Of a stretch of 64,000 nucleotides of DNA, positions 49,181 through 63,910 are shown piece by piece (position 1 is the first letter of the stretch; each line of letters opens with the position of its first letter). A model generated the notes under the pieces. The model had not been told where the DNA came from. It saw nothing but the letters and a program-made list of their open reading frames with translations, and searched no databases. Source of the DNA: Chrysomallon squamiferum (taxonomy: Eukaryota > Animalia > Mollusca); the NCBI GenBank assembly GCA_012295275.1, contig CM022665.1, forward strand, positions 30,008,001 through 30,072,000, in the 5' to 3' direction. Position numbers and translations under genes: made by a program.

Positions 49181-49751
49181 CAGGGTGTCCCAAAAGTAAC
49201 CGAACCACAAACTTAAGTAAAATTAGATATTAAAAAAACCAAATTTAATCTGTATATTTAGTATTTATAAATGTTCAAAATGTCTACCTTGAACTTCAAT
49301 ACAATCACTGTTTTTGGACGATTTTTTTAGGAGCATTTGACACACTTCCAGTTACTTCAAATTTTGAACATTGTTGATTTACTTGATACAGGTGTTATAA
49401 AGTTTACTTCCCATCTTTCTTCAACATGCTTGTAGCTAGTCATTGCATAGTAATTCTTAATAACGAAGATACGTTCGTTTAAATCTAAAGTTCTTCGCTG
49501 CATTTTTAAGAGTGAGGGTACCATTTCAAGTCAAACCATGGAGAGTCCAGTAGCGCACGCTAAAACAAATCTCCATCACGAAGAATACTACAATCAGGTA
49601 ACAGAAATCATTCCAAAGACTACTACTGACAGAAAGTAAATGAATAGTACAAAAGATAACATAAAATGACATAAAAGATGGAATTAAATTTGTTATTTTT
49701 AATATCTAATTTTATTTAAGTTTGCGGTTCGGTTACTTTTGGGACACCCTG
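49181..49751 (-). mobile_element. Non-autonomous, internally deleted Tc1/mariner-superfamily element, 571 bp
   Basis: TA target duplication on both sides; ~70-bp TIRs starting CAGGGTGTCCCAAAAGTAACCGAACC. The minus strand keeps the transposase N-terminus (ATG 49503, MQRRTLDLNERIFVIKNYY..., DUF4817-like HTH) joined to the C-terminus CIEVQGRHFEHL*. Confidence 0.93.
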
Positions 49752-51842
49752 TATATAAGAAATTATAAGTGGGAATCTTCAGAATTGTCATTGGATTTGT
49801 TTTTATGTATATTTATTAATTTTTTATCTTAAATTTTTTTTTAAATCAATGTTTGTGCCAAGTTAGAACAAATCTGATCAATGATTTTAGAGATACGTAT
49901 TACTGGGAATTTGTGTAACTAAAGAAATACAATGAATAAACACATGAATTTAATAATTCACTATTTGAATGGAAATTATAAACTTCATGAGGCATATAAA
50001 TTCATTTGTAAGAGATTCATTTCACTTCTTCACATACACACACACACACATGCACACAGGTATATATATTAACTAAATATAAATATCAAGTACATTATGT
50101 GAGTCATATTTATATATATTACAGGGATTATTCTTCTAGACATATTAGTCATTCTGTAATCTAATAACAAAGATTTAGGTCAGTAATACATTAATAATAG
50201 AACCTAGTAATTTCCCTCAGCTGTTAAATTAGTTGGGTAAAAAAATGTTTCCATTACTGGGATTTGATTAAAATGAATACAAGTGTCTTTGTTCACCTTC
50301 TTCATGATTATTTTGTTAGTATATTCAGGATGTTTCAAAAAATTATTTTTCTAAGTTTTAACATGGCAGACCAAATAAAAATGCATATATATATATATAT
50401 ATAAATTTGAAGAGGATAGTTATAAAAGTATTCTGTAAATCTTTTTTATTGCAGAATCATTTGTTTATATTTGGTTGGCATGTACGACCACAGCTGTAGC
50501 ATTCAGTATGAGAATTAAACATTTTATTTGATAATAACTGTGTATTGTGCAAGTGCATATACCTACTAAACAGGTCATGTTTTGACAAAGATTATGTATA
50601 AAAAAATAATAATATTCAGTTATTTTGTGTTAATAAAATAAAATCTCACCTTTTCACAAAAGAAAAATGGCAATAACAGACAAATGCTACATCTTTGCAT
50701 CCCCATTTTGATTGTTTCCTTTCAATACTATAGATAGTAAATATGAACTATAAATGTTTCAACACTGCACCGCAATTCCATTTCCTGTTACCAAGTGATG
50801 TATCCATATGGTGTAATATAGAGATGGTACTTACAAATGAGAGATACCCACTGGGTTTTAAGGCATAATTCAATCTGCTGTGTATTAAATCTGAATACAG
50901 TTTTTCATTCTTCTTTTGTGGAATACATAATTTTATGATGATACGTGTGCTATTGGTTTTTAAGTACTTTTCACCAAGTGTAGAGCTTTATTTTTAATTA
51001 TGATGAATCTGACTGAAGAGTTTATTTTTCATCAGTTGTTATTTCAATTTAATAGTATCTGTGGTTTTGGATATATTTGGTATGTAATACCTTTTTTATA
51101 ATTTATTTAATTAAAAATATTTAATGGAAAATAAATCATAAAGACTTAGCATAAACAGTAAATAATGTTAATTTTGAAGTATTCTGTTCGAGTGTGGCGT
51201 ATCGATTCTACTGAAACTAGTTGTAATATTTCTGATACATCCTTGATGCAGTCTTAGTTGACCTAGTTTGCCATTTAACCAAGTACATATGTTCTCGTAT
51301 CTATTTTGTCAAAAGTTACCTTTGTATTATTCATGCAGTAAACTGTTGTAGTTAAAACAAGACATGAATGAATAAATGCTTAATTTTTCAGTTTTTGTTG
51401 TGAACAGCAAGTTTTTCTACTGTTAGATTCAAGAATAAACATTGTTTTAACATTTGAAAAAAAAATGATTGTTGCATGTGTGAGTGTGTATATGCACACA
51501 GATAATTATACTTGTATGTGGGTGTTTATACACATTCAAATAATCATTGGTTCAAGTACATATAAATTACTCAGACAGAAATTATAAATAATTTATAAGC
51601 ATTTCTAATATTTATTCACAAATATTGTCTGTTTAATACTGAATAAATCTCATGACCATTGTATAACTGCGATATATATCATTTCATTCATTTGTAATAC
51701 GGTTAAGGTGTATTTTGTATTTACTTGTTTTCACAGAACTGTTCTTTTGTAAAGCTAGAAATCTTTTGTTTTTGTCTTGACTGCATATTTTAAAATATTT
51801 AATTATAATATTTTCAGAAGATTTCATCGGTATCGGAATATA

Positions 51843-54665
51843 ATGCAAAGTCTGAAGCGGAGGCTTAGCTTCCGTAAAAGGAAAGACCAAATACCAGAAT
51901 GCTCAAAACCTCACCAGTGGCAAGAAGATGAGAAAAAGGTTCGCGATGGAACATGTAGCTTTCAAGTTAGGGTAAGTAAAATCATTTATTTAAACAAAAT
52001 AAAAAATACACTTTATCATGAATTTAAAGAGATGGCAATTATAGTATTTTGAAAACATTTTCTAATTTCAAATTCAAAGGTGAAAATAAAATAAAGTTTA
52101 CAATAATCTCTTGAATTAAAAAGGGTAAAGAAGAATAAAAAACAGAAATTACTCTTTGTAAATATTAATGTATATACACTGCCTAACACCCGATTACAAA
52201 ACAAATTTTTCTTAATTTTAGATTTTTAATATGAGGACAAGAATAGTGACATTCGTATAAAGAAAAACTAACCTATCTGCCAAATAATTTGGTTACCATG
52301 TTAACATCCTATATAAATAAAAAAAATATGTCAGATCTATGCCAGCTGATAAACACACACAACCAGTATTACATTGTGTGTATTTATATAAATATGATAA
52401 TCAGCTGAAACAGATTTTATTAGGGTACAATACCTCTTGTCTTACCTGATATTAAAGAATTTTTAACATTATTATTTTTATTTTATTTTCTTTGTTATTT
52501 GATTGTATTAAAATTTATAAACCCATCAGTAAATCAAATAAATATTGCAGAACAATTATACATGTCTTTTACATAATTATTTTGTTCTGAAAAAAGTATT
52601 TCAATCCACTTGAAAGTCATATTTGACATTCCACTAAGGCTTACTTAATTAATTTAACTATTTGAAACAATTTTAATTTCTGTAAACCATTATCTTTAAA
52701 GTAATTGTCCATTTTAAATGTTTTATTAAAACTAGCAGCAAAGCAATGTAGTAACTTTAAAAATATAAAATACTGAATTCATTTATTTTAGTATCTGGGA
52801 TGTATTGAGGTTTTTGACTCAAGAGGAATGCAAGTATGTGAAGAAGCAGTCAAAGCCCTTAAAGCAGTAAGTAACAAAAAACCTTGAAAATTAATTTACT
52901 CACGTGTTGAATCTAATTCTGCTTCAGTTTAGTTTAACTGTATTTTACATTTAAAGAATTAGTGTTTATCTACTGTTGAAGTTGAAAATAATATTTGTTT
53001 CAAATTATGAAGCTGATTTGTATGCATATATTTAGCAGACTTGAATGAAGAATTTATAGTATAATTCTGAGTTCTTAATAATTGCTTAACAGTCTGACCG
53101 ACCAGCAGTGACATATACTTGTAATATACAACTATTTTCCTGAGTAAATACAAAAAGAACATTTGCTTAATACTTACATTGTCTGTCTGGTTAGCAAGTA
53201 GTTAAGAATTTCTGAATACTTAATCATCCCTTAAAAACACACTGGATTTCAGTTAAGAAGATTCTACAAGATTTAATTGAAATTTAATAGGCTATTTTAT
53301 GTAGTCTTCATTGAATTATTTCCCAAATGAATATCTACTAAAACCATTTTTGAAGGAAAAAGTGCATTTACAAAATTTCTTATTGCCGATTTGTTAAAAT
53401 CTTTATTAGAACATTTAAAAAAAAAAATCTTGTTCAGTCACTGCAAGCAGACCACATGGCTTTATAATACTGAAATTATTTTTTTTATTATTTTTTTGAA
53501 ATTATTACTGAAAATTGCAAAATTTTGTTAACAATATTGTTGAATCACTATCAGTAAAATAAACAGTTAGAAAGTTAGTAAATGTTATTTTGATGTGTAA
53601 CTTAAGAATAAAGTAATGTGAAGAACTTTCATTAATTTTAAACATTTATTTGTAAATGAACTTGTATCAGCCCAGTTCAGTTCTAATTTATAACACAATT
53701 TATCAAAATCATAAATTTTCTTTTAAATTTTTATTTTTTATTTTTTATTTTTTTTTATTTTTATATAATTTGAGTGATATCAGATCAAAGAATTAAATCA
53801 TGCATTGTATTAGCACAACATTGCAACCAAAATGTCAAAACTGTCATAATGTTTTATCTGAATCATGATCATTTTCATGAAAGGTACTTTTCATTCTGCT
53901 TTATTTGTGTTTTGAGATGCATGGTGACATTGGATTGGAAAGGGAATGATAAATGATCCCTGTAATATTGTTCGGATATTTATTGTCACTTAATCAATAA
54001 GGAGTTTCCTATTTTAAGACTTCTCTTGTCAATATTCCTTTGATGCTGTTGCTTGGAGACTGTATGTGTCAAAATAATGTTCATAAACATTAACTTTATA
54101 TACTGGTGTTTTTAATTTTGAAAGAGAACTGTATGCTATCTACCATAGATGGTATTTCCTGTTTTTAAGAGATTACACTTAAAATATTTGCCTGACAGAC
54201 ATTGAGATTATGTAGTTTAGATTGGTCAAGGAGCTAAATATAATGATATTTTGTTTAAACATTATTAATATCATTCTTCTTATCTTATGGTTTAAGCAAA
54301 TTAGAAAATTAATTCATCCCTTATGGCAAATTTATTTTTTATTTTATAACAGTGTCTGTGATATAATATAACTTGTTCTTTGTATTTTAATGACATAATA
54401 TAACTTGTTTTATTTCAAAAATACATGATTTACACTTTCTTGAAACAGGTCATGTGGTCTTTTCTGTGAAATCCACATAGCTTTTGAAGTAATTTGATTT
54501 TATTGACATAACTAATTACTATTAAGTTTTTCTTTGATCTTACATGTACTTATTGATTAGGTAATACAGGTTTTTCTGTTTCTTTGGAAATATCAATATA
54601 ACAAGAACTTGTTTTTCTTCTTTCTTTTTTGTCTCCCTTTCAGAAATGCAAAACAAAAACAAAAA

Positions 54666-54696
<31 letters not shown>

Positions 54697-57600
54697 ATAT
54701 CTTAATTACATAATCTAAATAGTTTTGATGTGGCTGTAAAAACTTTCTTATTCACTTTTATATTTTTTTTTGGTATTAAAATGAAAAAAATAAAAGGTTT
54801 CTCTAAAGAAAAAAAGTTCTTAAATCTGCTGGTTTATTTTTATTGTGAATTGATAAAGAAAATGTTTATTAGTGAAATGTATTTGCTTTATTCATTTTGT
54901 TTGTTCATTTGTTACTGGTTTATTGTTTTTTTACAGCAGGGTAAAGGAAAATCTCAGAGAGCTGTCCTGTATGTTTCTGGTGATGCTCTGAGAGTGGTTG
55001 ATGAAATCAGCAAGGTAAGATCTCCAAGGAAATTCTCTTACCTGCCATGATTTAATGTCTTCATTTGTAATTTGATACCACTTTTTAGATTATTAATTAA
55101 CTAAAATAAATCTGTTTTTAATTCTGTGCTTCCTAGTATTGCATACATGTATATAATGACCATGTATTTAGATACTTTGTTATTTTTATGTTTTCAGTTT
55201 TATTTGTTCCTGAAATATGACCTACAATATGTTAATAGACTTGGAAATAAATCATTTGAAATGAAGTTGACAGCTAAATGTTGTATTTGTAAATATGTAG
55301 TCTGTATACATACATGTTTGTTGAATTTATATTTTAAAATATACAAAAAGTGAAAAATTAACAAAATCATTTTTTTAAAGAGCATTAAAAAAGACGAAAA
55401 GAAGAAATTAAATAAATATCCCCTCAAAAGTCAGAAAAAACAAGGGTTTTCTTTATTTCAGTAAAAACATTTGAAACATTAAATATGTTTGGATAAGTTA
55501 TTAATTTAAAAAAAAAAAAAGCATTTTCTTTTCAGTAAAGAATTCTGTTATTTTTTTTTCTACAATATATTACAAGTAGTGCTGTCTTGTTTTATTGGTG
55601 TGATATCTGACTCTGTTTCATTGCCACTTGTCACATCACTTCAGACAAGTGTAACCACTTGGCTTTATTTAATGCTGCATGGCCTTGTAAGCAATCATTT
55701 TTTAAGTATCATAAGTGTATTGGCCCTTTATGACATGGTAGGTGGCATTATGGAAATGGTCTCTGATTTCTTTGAGGTAGATCTAAGGATTGAATTCTGT
55801 TATCAGTTTTATATAAACTAAACATTTTATTTTCTATTAACATATTTATTACAATTTATCTGATATTTTTAGTAGCACATATAAAGTGTTTATTTCATTT
55901 TTTAACTTTATTCCAAGTGAAATAGTGACCTAGGGAAATAGTAATTGTATCGCCTTGTTGGTGTTTTGATTTACTGACATTGTAAAATTTATTATCTTTG
56001 TACAAACATATATAACTTTAGCACCATGATCATTGTTTATAAAGCTTTAAGTCAATGTCTGTCTGAAAATGTAAATTGATGTTTCAAAAGTATGTGTTTG
56101 TGTTAATGTTTGTATATGTTTGCATTTTGTGTGTGTGTTTGATGGCAGCATCAATTCTGAATTTATTTATGTTAAGGAAATTGTGTCTGTCTTGTAATTA
56201 TTTATAAGCTGTTATTCCAGCTTGTTTTAGTAAGTTAATTTGGTGAACATTTAATTGGATAGCTCCTAAACAGATGTCACTAACTTATGGCATAACTAAC
56301 AAGTCTCTTATGTGACCATGTCAGTTTGATATATGTTCTCTTGCATTAATTGAGGTGACAGTATTCTACATTCCTCTGTGGCTGGATAACATCAGCTTAA
56401 TGATTATGCAGGTCACTGGCCAGAATCTTTGCAATTTACAATTTGTTTTCACATTAATAATAAATGTCATCACTTAAGAATCACTGATGTTCAGCCATAC
56501 AGTTAATATTTCTATTATTTTATGATCAACTGATGATGGTGCATCACACCAAATCAGAGATAGCTTTCATGAACAGTTTAATAATCCAGAGTAAAATGTA
56601 TTGATTAGTTGTTGTACATGACAAAGTATGAATTCTCTCTGTTTGAAAGGATAACTAAATTATGTTGTGCACTTGTATAAGTAAGCAGTGATTGTAGAAC
56701 TTTGTAATGAAATATGGATTTAACCCAATCAGATACTTATATCTAGCTAAGGATGAAATATGCTCTTCAGTATTAAAAACTCTGAGAAACAGATTTAATC
56801 TTAGTGACAAGTAGTGACCAATATCATCTTGACATAATACCATTGTATTTGAGTGTAACATCTTGAACATTAAATTAAATATCTTTTAAAGGGTATATAT
56901 TTTTTTACTATTATCAAAATAAGGTGGGAAATATATATATTTATATCAATTAATCTTCATAACAATGATTTCTTCCTTGATATAACTAGTCTGCTATCTT
57001 TAAATTAAATGTATACCTTTGAAAATTATAAGTCATATTTAGTTTGTTTTTAATTGTTTTTATTATTACTATTATTATTTTTATTATTTTTTATTTTTTA
57101 CTGGACACATAAACATAGTTTTATCAAATATAATGCAGATAAAGACTAAAATAAGAGTTTGAACCAATAAATTTAGTGATACATATCATTTATGTCATGT
57201 TATATCTAATACTCCCTAATCATTACTTAACAATTGTCACAATAAACTTAAATGTTTCTTTTTTAGAGTATGATAGTTGATCAAACAATAGAAAAAGTGT
57301 CATTCTGTGCTCCTGATCGAAATCATGAGAAAGGATTTGCATACATCTGTCGAGATGGAACCACTAGAAGATGGATGTGTCATGGATTTATGGCAGTCAA
57401 AGAGTCCGTAAGTGTCAGTAACTATTCTATTTTATATGAATCCTGTTTTGTGTGAACCTTACCACCCACTCACACCATTTGGGTTACCTGATCACCAGCC
57501 ACCATATAACCAGTACATAAGTATACATTTTTTATTTTGCATGAGGTTTTTATTTATTTTTTACCTTTTGATTACATACTGAAGAAAAATTCTAAGTTGA

Positions 57601-60600
57601 ACAAAATATTATGAAAGTAACATTTCTTAAATAATTAATAAATAAATGAAGTTATTGGTCTTGTGCATCTTGATATATTAATGAATTAATCTATATTATT
57701 GTTCAGATATAAATGACTGCATTTTGTTTAGAATCTTTTTTAGATTTTGAAATACATTTAACAACTATAGTACTGATCGCTTTTGTGTATAACGTCTGAA
57801 AACTTGCATGATATGCTGGGAGTTATAAGGTCTATGGTTGATTTAATAATATCACATTTGTAATATTTGAAAGAATCTTTGAAATTTTGTTTCAACTATA
57901 TTTTTGTTGTTTTAATATCAATAGGTATTCCACTACATTCACTATTTAAAACTGTACATTTAAGGGTAAAAAATGTTAAAGCAAATACAGATTTGAGTTA
58001 ATAATATTAGCAACATAACATCTGTTAATTATTTCTACAAAAGTTTAAATTTGCAAATTTAAAGTTACATTTTTATATCACAATTAATCACTGTAAAAGT
58101 TTAAAACTAATTTATATACAGACAGCTTTAGTTTATCCATTCCTTCAGTTTCATTATAATTTCATTGTTTTCACTGGTGGAAAATGTTTAGATTTGTAAT
58201 CTCAGATTGTGTGGTTGGGTCTTAGGGTTAATGTTTGTTGTGTTACTTACATTATCTTAATGCTAGTAGTTAGACATTTTGTGAGCTTTCCTATCTTCCC
58301 TTTCCTTTTTATTTATTTAATTTTAGACATTTAAAGAAAGAAAATGTATTTTTTTTTTTTTTTTTTGCAGTCTTAAAATTTGTTGAGACACGTGCAGAAT
58401 GTGTATAAACTAATACTATTTTACTAATACTACAGAAAGACATAATAAATGTTTTAATTAGATTTGAAATAAGATAATTAATTTAATTAATTTGTGTTTA
58501 CCTAATGTATTTCAAAATACTAATATTTTGCCAAATAGTCTTTATCTTTTTATTAATATTCAAGTTCATAATTTAATTACTTATTTATTATTTGTTTGAC
58601 AGTTTTATGACAGGAGTAAAAAAAAAAAAGATATTATGAATTAAATAAAGTAATTTCTTTGGATCTTGATGAAACTCTTTTTTCTTAAGCTATCAATGCA
58701 TGTCCAGTAGCATTGATTTTAGTACATCTATTCTATTACACTGGCTAAATACATGCATGGATAAATGCCGGTAGCATGAATGCATATAGCATTTATTTTA
58801 TTTTCTTCTACTAGTTCTATTGCCACCATTTCTCTTTCAATTATATTCTCATTATTTTCAGTTTTCTCCGGCTATGGTGAGAACAATTATCTATAAATAT
58901 TTGTCACTGTCTTCTTCATTTGATACATATATTCTAGTTATTATCATTTATTTTATTTTATTATTATATTGTCTTGTTTTTAGTGTTCCTACAGAAAGAA
59001 AGAAAAAAAAATTCTGTATTTTTACTGTGTGATACTTCATATAAATAATTCCTGCATTGCTGTTTATCAAATTTTTATGTTAGTATGATTTGTCACAAAT
59101 AAATTTATGTTTCTTTTTGTTTAAATAGGTGTTTTTTTTTTATTATGTATATTCTATAGCGGTCCTATATCTGTTAACAAAATGGAGAACTTATCGTAAT
59201 TTTATTGATGTGAAACTGAATGTTATCACCATTAAACAAATGTATACCAAATTTTGTTTCAGGAATTAAAAACAAAAACAAACTTGAACTCCTGTTAATC
59301 AAGAATGATGTTCACTGACCTGAATTTACTATTATCAGTTGACTTTCAGTGATTGTTTTAGCACAACAGATAGTTCTACCTTATTTAGTTCGATTAATTT
59401 ATTATCAGTTTTATTATATAATTATACAAGATGATAGGACATTGCAAGCTCTGATGAGTTACAAAAATTCAGAAAAATTTTATCAAAAAGCATATAATTT
59501 CACACACACACACACTTACATATATACACATACTCACTTTCTCTACCAAAATATGTTTGCTTTGTTTTATACATTTTAATGTATGGTTCCAAAAACATAA
59601 ACATACCTTATCAGTCAAAATTATATTTTCCTTATTTCAGTTCAAAAAGTCAAAGGTGAGCAGAGTGTATATTTACAAAAAAAGTTGTTTTTTTTTCTCT
59701 AGAAGACATTTACAAAGACAAGCCAGGGGTATTAATATTTAGGATTAAAATGTATATTTCAGCCTTCTTTACAAGTTGATTTTACTAAAAAAAAGCAATT
59801 CAAAAAACATAAATGTGAACTTCCTTTATCAGTATTCTCAAACCTAATATAATGAAGCCTATTGGAAATAATGCCCCTGAAGCCAAATCTGATTTTGAAG
59901 TTTCATTTGTTTAGTTTAATGTTGTTGTTGTTAATATTTGAAAATAAATAAAAACATTCAAAATCAGTTACATTAATTAAATGAAAATTTATTATGTTAA
60001 ATAAATACAGATGTTTTTAAACCATCCAAGGAGAGCAGAGTGTTTAAAATTTTAAATCTGCTTTCATAAAAGAAACAGTTTATATTAAGGCCGTTTCTCA
60101 TTTAAAAAAAAAAAATAAAATAAAATAAAAAATAAATAAATAAATAAATAAATAGATAGATAGTGGTATTTTATGTTTAATTATTACTGTTACTATTGTA
60201 TTATGAAATCTTTATTTGCATTGTTGGAAACTTGGAACATTTCAAATTGCTTATGGATTTGTTTTAATTTTTATTTATTTTGAATTGGTTTGTTTTTTCT
60301 TAGTTTTTTTTGGTTTTGATAACCATTCAAGCACTTTATTTTTAAAGAAATTTTTGTATATTGTTTTTAAATTGTGTATGATTAAATTTTTTCTTTTTCT
60401 TTTTTCTTTCTGAATTATAAAAATATTATTGAAGTATAGAAGTTTTTGTTGGTTTTTCTGTCTCTTTTTAAAACTGAAAATACTTTTCATATCTATTTTG
60501 TGTTTTAGTTAGAAACATATAAAATTTAAAAGGTAGTATTTATTATATTTGATAGATAGTGAAAAATAAATTATGAAAAGTGTCTTGAATATTTAACAGA

Positions 60601-61799
60601 ATTTATTATGTCAGTATTGTCATATTTAAAATGTTAATATTTAATTATAAATACCATTAAAGTTTTCATATATAAATAGTAACAATAATAATAGTAAAAT
60701 AATAATAAATGACAATAACAATGACGATGACGATGATGATGATGATGATGATGATGATGATAATGATAATGATAATTACAAAAAAAAGTTTAAAATATAT
60801 TCTCCATATTTTTAGGCCAGTCGACCAAAGGTAAGCCACTGTATATGATGTGAAAAATGTGTTAAAACAAAACATTTTTAAATTTAATTTACCATTCAGT
60901 TACTTTTTTTTTAAATGTTTTCTCTTACAGCCTGCCACACATCTTTCTTTGAGAAAAGTTATGTTAAATTTTTGTTTATGTTTAAGTTAAGAACTTTGTG
61001 ATTAAATTATTTTTTGAAGTCCAAGTTACATATTTTTTATAACCAACACTTTATTATTGAAAAAGGAAATAATAATCACTTATTAAATATATAATATTTG
61101 TAAATAATACTGGATGTTGTTTATTTATTAAATTATGTATCTTATGTGTCTGAGATAATAGATATATGTAGTATACAGAAACAGAACAAGCCAAATTTTC
61201 GAGCAAGTTAGCAGTGTTATTAATAAATAAAGTTTTTATGATTTCAAAATACACTTTAAAAAAAACATTAAAAAAATAAAAAATAAAAAATAAAAAAAAA
61301 TAAAATAAATAAATAAATAATAATGATAATAATAAAAATAATAATAAAAAATAAATAAAAAAGGAAATAAACTAATATTCTCATCATAGATTATTTATAT
61401 CTGCAGCAATAACACAACATTGCAGAATTTAATTTAATTTACAGGAATAAAATACTAGAAACAAATGTGACCATTCTTTATAAATTAACACAATAAATTG
61501 ATAAAGCATTGGAGTTTTAGCTAACATTTATTTAGCATCTGCTTTTCCACACCTTATTGTCAGGCTGTGCTCTGTTTTTAATTGCCAGACATTTGAAGCA
61601 AGAAATTAAAATTCCCTATCCTAACTACTGGCTTCATTTCATCAATCATGATATTTGCCTTATTGTTGTGAATATTTTAATAAACGAAACTGTTATTGAC
61701 CAGCATTAACAAAAGATAGCACACAGCATGAGTAGTTGTTTCAAAATTACTTTATTCTAATTGTATCAGCAGGTTAAAATAATTTATAATAACAACATT

Positions 61800-61888
<89 letters not shown>

Positions 61889-63656
61889 GAGAGAGAAAAA
61901 ATGAATGAGAGAGAGTGAATGAATGAGAGAGAATGTGATGAGTGAGTAGTGAGTGCTGAGTGGATTAAAATTTCATGAAAGATTAATAAAATTATTATTA
62001 TTAGATTTATCTGTACAACAGGTCTGATGTGTTGATTCATAATATAAATGGTAGTTCAGAACACATCTGTTTGATATTTGGTAATTTTTGCTTTTATAAA
62101 ACTATCAACATCTTTAGTCTTTTTTATATCTTACATTTTATTGTATTAGAATCTGATTGATTACGTTTGATTTTTAACAAGCAGATATTCTGTTTTTGCA
62201 TTTTTTTGTTACTACTAACAGTTGCAAAATGTTGTTTGTATTTATTTTGTTTTAATAATCAAATGATTTTATATACTTATTTATTTAAGAAAAAAAAAAA
62301 TTGACCCCAACGTTTTATGTAGACATTTGCATTTTTGGCATAACAATTATCAATTCACTCAATTTAAAGCAAAATTTAAAAAATAAATGTTTTACTGTTT
62401 TATATATTTATTTACTTGAAGTATCTTACAGGCAGTGAATCCTCACATTCTTGTTTTTATTTATTTCAGTTACTAATAATGTTTCTCACATACAGATCTA
62501 CCGTATGCTACACTTGTATATATGCAGAATAGTTCCAAAATTATTTTAAAAAGTCTATGTATTTTAGGGAGAACGTTTGAGTCATGCAGTTGGTTGTGCT
62601 TTTGCCATTTGTCTGGAAAGGAAACAGAAAAGAGACAAAGAAACGGGAGTTACTGTTCAATTTAATCAGGACCGGACCAGCTTCACAAGGACAGGATCAT
62701 TTCGTCAGACTACTCTCACTGAGAGGCTTGAAGATCCACAAAGTGCTATTCTTGCAGGTAATTTGGAGTTAATCTTGCACTTTCAAATCTAATCTCCTTT
62801 GATACTTTTTGATGAATTTGTCAGGTTTATAATTTTCACATTGATCTACTTTTTAGTTTATTACATTTTTAAAAATTCTTAACATAATTATTTTAAATTT
62901 TGAATATTGTTTTTTTTTTTTGCTCACAATATTTACCATATTTAATTAGGATATTTAATTTCTAATAAACAGTCATGTAATTTTCACACTGATCTGCTTT
63001 CTGTTATTAATATTCTAAAATTCCTTACTATAATTATTTAAAGTTTTATTTTATTATCTACTCATATTAAGTATGAATAAGCAAATAATGATTATGTTAA
63101 AGTAAAAATAATAATACTTTTTTATTATTATTGTTTTTATTTCAGAACCAGTACCTGTTAAAAAGGTGGAGAATCCTTATGCTGTTCAAAGACCTCAAGC
63201 TTCTGCCACCATGTTATATCGACAGGGATCTTTCAGGGGCTTTGAAAAGTTGCATGAAACATCTTCACCTTTCAAACGCACAGTTTCTTTACGCTTGAAT
63301 GAATTACCATCTACACTAAAGAGGCAGAATGCAGTACTTGAATCACCAACACAAAATGGTGGTATGATCATAATATATTTGTTCACATTTCATTTGTTCT
63401 TCTGAATCCTTTTTTTATATTACACAGAACATTAGTCTTTTTTAAAACTCATTGCAGTTAAATTCTATTTCAGATGTACTCTAAGACTTGTATATCAGTA
63501 TATCTGCATTTTGATTATAAAAATAAATAAATAAAATATGTATATTAACTCAATTTTCTTTAAAAAAAAATAAATTCACACATTTCTTACAATTTACCAA
63601 GTTTAGTTATACATATTTTTTCAAAAACTTTTAATGATTTTCAAATTTCTTTTACA

Positions 63657-63688
<32 letters not shown>

Positions 63689-63910
63689 CTGTGGGTGGAA
63701 CCATACATGAAATATCACCTGAAGAACAGGAAGATTCAATTGCTCAGATGTGTCAACAGTTAACACAGGGATTGTCGGCATTATCCACAGAGGATCCATT
63801 TGCCAGTGCTCCTCGCGGCAGTCTCTCACACCAGACCTCATTACCACCATTCCAAACAGCTTCTGTTCAGGCACCATTAGTACGACAGCACACTATGCCT
63901 GCAGCACAAG
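51843..63910 (+). CDS. numb: Protein numb (PTB and NumbF domains), first 7 core coding exons; continues beyond the window
   Basis: Exons 51843-51971, 52792-52866, 54937-55014, 57267-57407, 62568-62757, 63146-63361, 63689-63910 in phase: [128 protein letters not shown], and a DPF motif. Confidence 0.97.
61803..61895. repeat. Compound (TA)n(CA)n(GA)n microsatellite
   Basis: Consecutive dinucleotide runs in a numb intron. Confidence 0.95.

Noticed and set aside
59451-59490. CTGATGA...GAAA hammerhead-like core
   Set aside because: Stems II and III cannot be formed and there is no matching cleavage triplet.
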